DNA from: Lingula anatina
Lineage: Eukaryota; Animalia; Brachiopoda
Reading direction: 5' to 3'
DNA: 64,000 nt
NCBI GenBank assembly: GCA_051362555.1
Contig: CM120640.1
Coordinates: 16,740,001-16,804,000, forward strand
The translations under genes and the position numbers were made by a program. The notes beneath the pieces were generated by a model. The model did no database searches. It had not been told where the DNA came from and saw nothing but the letters and a program-made list of their open reading frames with translations. The stretch's first letter is position 1. Each line of letters opens with the position of its first letter. Positions 40,760 through 50,482 of the stretch are shown here, piece after piece.

Positions 40760-43700
40760 ATTCACATGAGACATGTTGAAAAACATGTCAGCATATAAAC
40801 TAATATTTTGTTTTCAAGATGTCATTTGTTGTTTACAGTAAGTTAAAAATAATTTGTTTGTAGTTTATGTATTTTGTTCAATTTTCAGGACACACACACA
40901 CACACTTACCATATGATTATCCCATACATGTGGGTTATGGTGGACTGCCCATGGCCAGATGTCAATACAAACCCCTGGGGGGACCTTCAGTCCATCTATC
41001 TCCCACTCCTGGGTAGTCTCTCTGGCTATGTTCACTGCAGGGCTATGCATGCGTAGAGATTCCTTTAGTACCAGTGTGAGGTATTCCAGCTTTGGCAGGT
41101 CCTGCCTTGATAGAAAAGACAGAAGTGATCTGAATTAAATGTGTTTTGATGGTTACTAAATTTTGCATAAAGAAAATCTGGGAAACAACACGAATATCTC
41201 AATCACAGAATGGATTATGATCCAAGTCTACTAGCTGTGATTTTAGCAGTTCCTTCTTGTCTCAGAGTAAGAGTTTTTAAAACAAACATTTTGGATGATA
41301 AGTTGTAAATGCAGCAAATCACACAAAGGCAGTATGGAAAAATGATATCTGTTCAATACATGTAGTTTTAAATCATTGACTCATTATCTCTAAGAACCTG
41401 AACATCATGTTTCAAACTTTTTTTTTTTTTGTTTGTTTGTCGTATTTCAAACCCTGCACTCCAATTGATTTCTGTTCATCATGTTATTTTTTACACACCA
41501 CAATATATCATCCTTTGTTCTCCCATGAAGTATTTCATCAACTTCATCTCTGATTTTATCTTGATACACAGGGTGTTTGGCCAGAGAATACAACGTCCAA
41601 GAAATGGCATTAGAACTGGTATCATGACCTGAAGATGAAAACATATTAACTAAAATATCAATTCATTTCACAGAAGTTAAAAAACAAAACAAGCAAAGAT
41701 ACCCAGGATAATGGACAAAAGGATGTAGATTAACAGATAATGATCTATAAGTAAGACCTTTCAGGTGTTACCAATACTTACATACAGTATATAAGGAAAC
41801 CAATTGTTCGTAATACATAAAATACATATACAATATACATATACAATGCATAAACATTTTGTGCTCTTTTAAGTTAAACTGACAAACCTGCAAAAAGGAA
41901 TGTGCTTGCTTCATCCCTAATCTCCTTGTCAGTCATCCCTTCACCATTCTCATCTCTGGCACCAAGTAATATGTCCAGGAGATCTAGATGCTTTTTATTG
42001 CTTAAAATACTGGAATCTTGCTTCTAAAAACAAAACACATGAAATAAAAACAACATTTAACTTCTGTAAACAACAGATGACAATGTCATAAAAACAAAAT
42101 AAAACACAGCTCCTTTTTTAATCAATAGTGCAATGTTAAAACATTAAATTAAACTAGAGGATCAGAGAGGCGATACCGCCTCCAAATATTGTACCACCAG
42201 CTGGAGCAAACGCATTCGTATAGACCCCCACATACACAAAATAAGGGACACAGCCACCAGTTTTGTGCTTGACAAGCTGTAAAAATGCAATCAACAAGAA
42301 TTTTTAAACTATTGCAAAAAATACATATGGTACAATCAAATTTAAGTTGCCAGTATATGACTTCCTATTCAAGTTCAAGAGTAACTATGGACCTATCTCT
42401 GTCAAGTTTGAAGTTAAAAGAGAAAGAAATAAACAGAGTTCAGTTCATGATAAAAAGTAGGTCAAAGGTCAATTTCAAGGTCACACTTAGATTGCCAGTA
42501 TAGGACTTCCTATTCAACTTCAATAGTAACTATGGACCTATCTCAGCCAGTTTTGGAGATAAAAGGGAAGCAAAATTTGCAAAATTCAGTTCATGGTGAA
42601 AAGTAGGTCAAAGGTCAATTTCAAGGTCACATTTAGATTGCCAGTATATGACTTTCTATTCAAGTTCAATAGTAACTATGGACCTATCTCAGCCAGTTTT
42701 GGAGATAAAAGGGAAGAAAAGTTTGCAAAGTTCAGTTCATGGTGAAAAGTAGGTCAAAGGTCAATTTCAAGGTCACATTTAGATTGCCAGTATATGACTT
42801 CCTATTCAAGTTCAATAGTAACTATGGACCTATCTCTGCCAGTTTTGGAGATAAAAGGGAAGCAAAATTTGCAAAGTTCAGTTTATGGTGAAAAGTAGGA
42901 CAAAGGTCAATTTTAAGGTCACATTTAGATTGCCAGTATATGACTTCCTATTCAAGTCCAATAGTAACTATGGACCTATCTCTGCCAGTTTTGGAGATAA
43001 AAGGGAAGCAAATTTTGCAAAGTTCAGTTTATGGTGAAAAGTAGGTCAAAGGTCAATTTCAAGGTCATAGTAAGATTGCCAGTATATGACTTCCTATTCA
43101 ACTTCAATAGTAACTATGGACCTATCTCTGCCAGTTTTGGAGATATAAGGGACTGGATGTTATAATTTTGGAGTTACCATAATGTGCCTTAAATTTTGTA
43201 CAGAAAAAATTAATTAAAATAAAAAAAATGTCATTTTGGTCAAAATTCTTGAAATAGGAGGTGCTCTGAAGTTTCAGAAGTTCAAATTTGATGAAATAAT
43301 GTCATTTTTGAACACAAGTTGTCTGCTTTGCCAAGCCTTATGTTTTATTTTTCCAGAGTTCAAAATTTATTATCCATTACCGTACTGCACATTTTGCTTT
43401 TACCACCAATATGTACTTTTTGATACAGCGTAACTCGAAAACCGTATGGAATACAAAAAAACCGAGACCACCTCCAGTGTTGGGCTTTACATGCTCTACA
43501 AAATACAAAAAAGAATGGGTCTCTAGCATTAACGGTTCCCGAATTAGAGACAGTTTTCAGTTTCGGTATCTTATGGCCGCTACTCCCGTGAAAATGCACC
43601 GATTGACCCCAAATTCATGGAGATGAAAGATGACCTGAAGGGTAACATTTTCCAATAATATTATTGGTTAAGTCTGTGTGGTGTCTGAATAACAGGGCAA

Positions 43701-46700
43701 AAAAATTTTTTTTCGTAAAAAAATTCATTTTTTTGAAAATTTTGGCCCATTTGACCTTGAAGTAGAGGTCAAAGGTCAAATCCAAGGGTATATTTGAAAT
43801 CTACACATATGACTTTTGGAAAGCCGTCTATAGAAATTTTTCCCATAACTCCTTCCGTAGGGTAGATAATTAGCATTTAATTTTGCCATTTTTAGACAAG
43901 GGTGCATTGCAATGAGTGCCACACCCAGACCCCAATACCGACAAAGCCCAAATTTTACGTGGAACGAGTTGAGATTATAGGTGACCTAAATCCATGAGAT
44001 GGGTACGGGGGCCCTTACCGTCTAGGAGGAGAAGCGGTAACGGTAGCCGTCCGGCGGAGCCGGCGGAGCCAACGGAGCCGGCGGAGCCGGCGGAACGATC
44101 TGGACGGGACCGAAACCATGTGTACCGCCAGCGCTAACGCTGGTGGTACAATTAAAATATTTACGAAATGTTCTGAAATCAACAATCATAATTAAAATGA
44201 AAGGAAATAAAAAAGTAATAGAAAATAAATAGAAATAGAAAATGAACAAAAGATTATTACTATCATCAGTCACTTTACACATACCAATAACTGTTTTCTC
44301 TCCTGGATCACATGGTCTGCAAACTTATGGACAAACTGACAGTTTCTTTTCCACTCTCTTCCTTTTTTGGTTAGTGAATAGATAAAATCATTGAACAGGT
44401 AAGGTTTCCTGGGAAAAAAATGTGTATTATCTAGCATATATAGTCAAAGGGCTTCACCATTTTCTTAATTTCCCTTTAGTTTATGTTAAGTGGAAAACAA
44501 AAGTTGCTGGCTTGATGTACACAAAGAAATAGTCAAAAGGCTTGATCAAATTCTTAAATTTCTTATGCTTTAATGTTTAATTGAAAAAAAAAATAATAAT
44601 AAAATAATAATAAAAAAAAAACTTTCTGGCTTTATTTCAAAATTAAGCATTTAAAAAAGTCAAGGAAGACACTTGAATACATGATGATTATCCAAGTATA
44701 ACTTACAATGCTCTATCTAATACTAGTCTGCATAACATAGCAGTGGCTTTACTGAAAGGATGAGAGTCACTGAAAGAAAAGTGAGAGAAATGTGAATTTT
44801 ATCCACTGGTAGAGAGGTTAATCATCATCATCATCGGTTTTGCAGGTCTTCAGTCCTGCATGAACAGAGTTGGACCTTTTCCCACATATGGCTCTCCTCC
44901 ATTTTTGTCCGTTAGTTGTTAACAACTATATAATATACAAGTACCCTTAGTACTTAAAAACTAAACATGTTTATAGATCAAAAATTTCTTGATAGTTTTG
45001 GATAGAGAACACCTAGGTAACAAAGGGTGAATTTGTGAAATCTCTGGGATTATCAACTTAGGTTCTATATGCCTTTTTACTGATTTGAGACAGCACTTGC
45101 TGTGTGCAGTGTGCTTGGGAATAAGATTTTTTTCAGTGCAGAAACAATTACCCTTGCTCCTGAATTTTTTCTTGAACAGAAAAAGCACACTGTAACATGG
45201 TGTCCAGGGTGCACAGTCCTAAAGGTGACGACACTTCAAAACTGGTACCTAGACTGGCAGCTGCTGACATTTTCCCCTGATACAATGAAATGAAATTATT
45301 AACAAAAGATAAATATCAAAGAATTTATGTACATGTGAATTAAACAGAGCACCCAGGTTTATAAATTAATTGCTCTTCAATATATTTAGTTCCAGCCAGA
45401 TTTCTTTATTTTTACCGAAGTAATTTTTAATTTTTTCATTTTTTAATAATAATAATATATTTATTTCAAGTCTAAAATCCATAAAATGTTCAATAGACTG
45501 TGCAACATAAAATACAAAGAAGTTTATAGATAAAAATGGTTAAGACATATTTTATATAAATAAGAGCTAAACTAACTTAATTGTAATATACAGTAATTAA
45601 AAGTAAAAAATCCAAGGTTTCTTTAAAATTGTAAAATTTAAGATTCATGAATAAAATGTCTTAAAAATATGAGTTTTTAATTCCTTTTTAAAAGATTCTT
45701 GTGATTCTATTTGTCTAATAAAAATTGGCAACTTATTCCACTCTACTGGTGCAGCTACACAAAATGATATGTCACCATATGATTTTAACCTTGATTTTGG
45801 ATCTTTCAGTAAAAGTTTGTCACCAGACCTCAGGGATCTTTGAGGGCTATAATGTTTGACTAGATCAGTTATATATGGTGGAGCTAGATTATAAAAAGCA
45901 GCATGTGTAAAAACTAAAACCTTAAATAAAATTCTGGCCCTAACTGGTAACCAGTGCAGATGCTTTAAAATTGGAGTGATATGGCAATCCCTAGGCTGTA
46001 GCATTAAAAGCCATGCTGAGATATTCTGGATGCGTTGTAATCTTTTGATCTTATCATCTGGACATCCATATAATATAGAATTGCAATAGTCTAGCCTGGA
46101 AGTTACCAATGAGTGTATAAAAGTAGCAGCAGATGATTGATTCAGATGTTTCCTTATGGTGCCAATATTCCGAATGTTGAATAAACAAGACCTTGTGATG
46201 TTGGAGATCTGTTTGTCCATTGAAAGTGTAGAATCAAAGTATACTCCTAAATTTTTTACATGGGGGGAGGAAAATGCCATACTAGCTCCAATTTTAAGTT
46301 GCAAGTTATGAGCAAGGCCCTTGTTGTGGGGTTGAGTAATGACTAAAAATTCTGTTTTTCCATCATTTATCTTCAATTTATTTGAAATGAGCCACCTCTG
46401 AGGTCTGATATGCAATCAACAATTGTGTTCACAGACAATGCTGGATCATGGATGTTACAAGATGTGTACAACTGGGTATCATTGGCATAAAAGTGGTAAC
46501 CTATCTTATGATAATGCAGAATTGCTCCAAGGGGTAACGTGTAAACACAAAACTTAAGCGGGCCAAGCACGCTCCCCTTTTGAGCTAGAGTCAATCACTT
46601 TTGCAACTGAAAAAGATCACTGTGTTTGGACATTATAAGAAAGAATGCAGGCATCATGTTCATAGAAGCTAAAGACATTTCTGTGCAAATAAAGCATCTT

Positions 46701-47741
46701 TTACACTCACATCTCAAGAACTTACCATAAAAACTTCTACTGTTCTGTTGTAAATGTTAACATATGGCTTTAGTACATCAAAGTGAAAACCAGGAGAAAT
46801 CAACTTGCGATTACGATGCCACAGTTCTCCTTTACTAAGCAGGAGGCCATTTCCTTCGAAAACAAACAATTATATTAATTCATAATAAGATCCAACAATA
46901 GCAAACAATAAGAGTCAAATAAATTTATTAAAAATTATCACAAACAATACAAAACGAATTACTTTCTTTTTTTTGTGTTTGTGTGTGGGGGGGGGGGGGG
47001 GGGGGGAGGGGTATGTGTGTGTGTGTAACTAAAAGATTCTAAATGTAGAAAAAACTTTTTTCGTAACTTATTAGGAGAGAAAAGCTATATATACTACCAG
47101 TGGTATTCAATAATTCTGGGTTGAAAAGTCTCTATGTACTCTACAGTTCTTCAGCTAATACAATGCCATACCTAGCCAGTCCCGCATAAGGTTATATCCT
47201 CCCAAGGAAGTCTTGGGCTCGGTGCCATTCAGTATTACTTTGACAGTGTCTGGGTGGACCACAGCCACACACGCTTTAAAGGGGCCAAACCAATAACGAA
47301 AGGCAGTCTTGTGTTGTTCTGTCAGCGCCAGTATCCACTTCAAACAGGCATCATTCATGCCTGGGTGCTGGAATGGAATTTATAATTTATGAACTGATAA
47401 ATAAGTACGACTTTGTAGTTTGGGAATTTGATAAGAATTATCTAGGATCTACTCAACTTGTTCATTGGGTCCTAGGAATGATTGTGAAGATGCCGATTGC
47501 AGGCTATAGTATTTTGTTGAATATAAAGTCATTTAAAGAACATGCACACAAACGTTTGACCTAAAGTTACCTGATGCAAATTGCCCCACAACCAATGTTT
47601 AGGAGGTCCAGGGAATTGGTCAATAAAAGCAACCTTGACCAGAATCTGCATATACCATACCATAAACCGGTACAAAACCAGTCCCAGCAGTATGGAAAGA
47701 ATGTATACCGTCACTGTGATTACGTCTGGCTCGGGAAACAT
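39458..47741 (-). CDS. CYP4: Cytochrome P450, CYP4 clan (CYP4F-like), 12 coding exons
   Basis: Exons on the - strand: 47741-47571, 47367-47172, 46853-46726, 45276-45152, 44769-44707, 44408-44285, 42023-41888, 41628-41499, 41105-40910, 40620-40538, 39939-39874, 39563-39458 (TAG). Motifs: N-terminal TM anchor plus FPGPPKHWLWGNL, WxxxR (WHRNRKLISPGFHF), I-helix FLFAGHDTS, ExxR (KESLRMH), PERF, and heme loop FSAGPRNCIG. The frame is intact throughout. Confidence 0.95.
40293..40511. mobile_element. Small MITE (Harbinger-like termini) in CYP4 intron 10
   Basis: aagactgcattcccacagattt...aaatctgtgggaatgcagtctt inverted ends. The terminus resembles gaccgcattcaca of the 18118 element. TSD is unclear. 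Confidence 0.75.
40716..40756. repeat. (CT)n microsatellite
   Basis: Perfect CT run. Confidence 0.95.
42151..44153 (+). mobile_element. Non-autonomous Helentron-like element (family A, copy 1) with internal 146-bp tandem array
   Basis: Starts aaactagaggatcagagagg. The 5' subterminal attgtaccaccagc (~42188-42201) pairs with the 3' gctggtggtacaat (~44139-44152). There is a 3' hairpin gtaccgccagcg-ctaa-cgctggtggtac and a GC-rich (GCCGGCGGA)-like microsatellite just before it. It is homologous end-to-end to 53322-55172. Confidence 0.85.
42345..43150. repeat. 146-bp tandem repeat, ~5.5 highly similar copies
   Basis: The marker agattgccagt recurs at 42489, 42635, 42781, 42927 and 43073 (period 146). 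Confidence 0.95.
45443..46594 (-). mobile_element. 5'-truncated, frameshifted CR1/L2-clade LINE remnant (RT C-terminal part) in CYP4 intron 3
   Basis: ORF 46594-46373 has KGSVLGP...YANDTQLY (YADD mutated). ORF 46415-45645 has LKINDGKTEFL, KNLGVYFDSTLSM, SRLDYCNS and LHWLPV. The 3' end has AATAAA plus an (ATT)n tail at about 45443-45467. Confidence 0.92.
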
Positions 47742-47759
47742 AGTGAGTTTTAAGGACCT

Positions 47760-48380
47760 GGCGGTGGTAGTATGACTACATGTATCGGTACATGTACTTC
47801 CGTATACTAGTACTACATGTACTACAAATGCAGTTATTTTTGTGGAGCCTTCAGGCTTCAGTCTTCAGATACTCGCGACCTTTTCCTTTAGCTAATTGCT
47901 AATTGCCTTTTAAAACATGTTATAATATGTATCACTGTTAAAGAGCAACAAAAAACTGCAACCACATATACTGAAGAAAGCTAAATCCAAGCTGCAGTAA
48001 AACACAATTTACACAGTGTTGACATCAATGAGACACACTCCCAGTACAATGACCTAGTAAATTCTCCAACTAGGTCATTGCTAGTGCGGAAGTTGGTCGT
48101 TCTCTGTTTCACACGTGCACATCGCTGACGTGCGAATCAAGTTTTCGCAAGTTTTTTGGTTTACTCGTTCATAAAATAAATAAATTATGATTAAATAATA
48201 TGTTACTTAATTACTTACTCACTTATTTGCTTATCCTCTTCGAGCTATAAAACTTATTTTTTCGAGTTTAATATTGATTTTCAAGTAAATAATATGTTAT
48301 GTGACTAATTGTTTTCGACGATCGATCAATGCCCTCTTAATATATCAAATGCCTTCTAAATGACTTCACGTGTTAACTTT
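47760..48380 (-). promoter_or_regulatory. Putative CYP4 promoter (locally CpG-containing) with inverted TAGGTCA pair, ETS, E-boxes and CRE half-site
   Basis: Immediately upstream of the CYP4 ATG. Motifs: caatgacctagt/actaggtcattg inverted repeat 48047-48080, GCGGAAGT 48086, CACGTG 48112 and 48367, TGACGT 48126. Confidence 0.45.
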
Positions 48381-50107
48381 TGGTTGACTGTTTCGTTTTA
48401 ATTTATTCATATTTTATTTTATGAAAACGCTTTTTAAAAAATGATCATGGGATATGTAAGAGACAATTAGTAAAGGATCGGTGACTCCAGGTGATAAAAT
48501 GGATGTACACATAAACACAGACAAAAAAATAAAAATAAATAAATAAAACAAAAAAAAATAATAATAAATGAATAATCACAGCCTTGTAAGTTTTACTCTA
48601 CAAGACTCAAGGATTATTCCTGGTTTTGTAGAAGTTATTGGAGATTTAGTAAAGAATTTAAAGAAGAATGAATTTCAGATATTCTAAAAACTGTACGTTA
48701 TGAAAAAAATAATGCACCATCGCTGTGTAGCTCTGTGAATTAGGCGGCTGCCTAGTTATGAGTGGAAAAGAGATGGACTGCAGGTTGGATCATTTCTATT
48801 AATGACTTTTTTGTGACACTATTTTGGCAGAAAGTAAATTTTCATAGAATTATAATATTATTATAAAATTAAGGATTATTTAAACGTTTATGTCACTTGG
48901 AATTAAGAACAGATGTTTGTGCCCAAAGTTGCTTGTCTCACTGTTGAAATGCTTTGATATTGTTGCTTTTAATTAAAGCATTTTAAAAGAGAAATAAAAG
49001 TCAATATAAGGATTTCTCAGAATCAATAAACAATTTTAACTTTTTTCCTGTTTTTTTTTTATTTAACCTTATCCAAATTCCAATAACTGGCACATACATA
49101 GATAACGCAAAATGAACAAAAGTACACAGAAAATAGAACAGAAAAATAAAATACACGAGATAATAATAATAATGCTAGAGTTACAAAGTTTTTAGCATGA
49201 CTTTGCAACACTATATGTATAATATCCTAATTTAATCAATATGATATGTATAAACAAATAAATAGCAATATCAAAGAAGTCTGGTCATTATAAATCAAAT
49301 ATTCAAGTACACAAAGTGGCATTACGGTGGGCGGATTATGCTTGAAGGAATGTAATGGCATTTAGCTTTCACTTCTCTCCACAATATATTTAAATAACGA
49401 ATTAATCACAACCAGTTGTTATAAGAACATCCAGCAATTTGTTTCACATACTACTTTTCACCAATATATGCACATAAATCATTGTGAAAAGATTTTTTTC
49501 TGCAAGCAAATGTTTTCTGTTTACTTGGCAGATAACTCTGCTTGGTTGTAATAGATTTCCTCATCACTATACAGTGATATAATTTTAAAAATTCATAATT
49601 AAAATTCAGTATTAACTTTTTTTTATCATGTCATCTGAGAGGAATATGATGAAATCTTATGTTCATGTCAAAGATACATTACAAAACAATATTGAAAGTT
49701 CTTGTTTGTTTTTCGCTTTATGAAAACCTCATTGATAAATCTATGATTCATAACTGGCAGTGTTACATCTTGTACAGCATGCACAGAAAAAGGTGCAGCA
49801 ATGCTAACATAATCAGATATATTCATCACGTATGTACACAAAGAAATGAGCTCTGAGCTTACTGTATAATATTCACAACCTGAAGAATCTTTCATCTCTA
49901 CACTGATACTAGTCCTAATATCACAAAATGCAGCAATTTTTATCATTTCAAATATCACCAGAATGTAACACTAATTGATAAAGCAAGTACATATTATTGT
50001 GATATCACAAAGGCTGAACTGTTATCGACTACACTCAAAGTTAATCTGAAAGTTTTTTTAGCATCTGAAGCCGAGATCTTACCCATCACAACAGAGTATT
50101 TTTACCA

Positions 50108-50481
50108 TTTGGTCCCATCTTAAATGCATCATTTATCCCTTGAATCAACTGTACTTCAAGTTGCAACAATAAGAATCATCGCAGAACATATTTTTGAAAA
50201 ATCAACCATTATAATAGAATGCCCAGATCTTAAGTTTCGAACATTACCCAGACAATTTCAATATTTTTTGTATTGGTCCAATAATATATTTTCAAAAATA
50301 TTCATATAACATATTTGGTCCCTTTTGTGGGGAAAAATAACAAAGAATTGGTCCTATAGTATATCTTTTAAGAAATTCACATATCAATACATTTGGTCCC
50401 ATTTGAGGAAAAAAAAATCTTTATATAAAATTACCCAAAATAGAAATCTCTCACATCAAATCAATATACACCATTGGTCCC
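50108..50481 (-). promoter_or_regulatory. Cluster of six miR-133 seed-match sites in the SSX2IP 3' UTR
   Basis: + strand TTGGTCC(C), which reads (G)GGACCAA in the mRNA, at about 50109, 50273, 50315, 50348, 50393 and 50474. Confidence 0.7.
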
Positions 50482-50482
50482 A

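Noticed and set aside
42345-43150. Regularly spaced repeats superficially like a CRISPR array
   Set aside because: Whole 146-bp units repeat with no unique spacers, there are no cas genes, and the context is a eukaryotic intron.
44022-44282. Pro/Ala-rich ORFs here and at 54993-55202
   Set aside because: They are the antisense reading of the GC-rich microsatellite at the Helentron-like element's 3' end.
45645-46594. 256-aa ORF as a functional reverse transcriptase or domesticated gene
   Set aside because: It is 5'-truncated and frameshifted, and the catalytic YADD is mutated to YAND. It is an ordinary dead LINE fragment.
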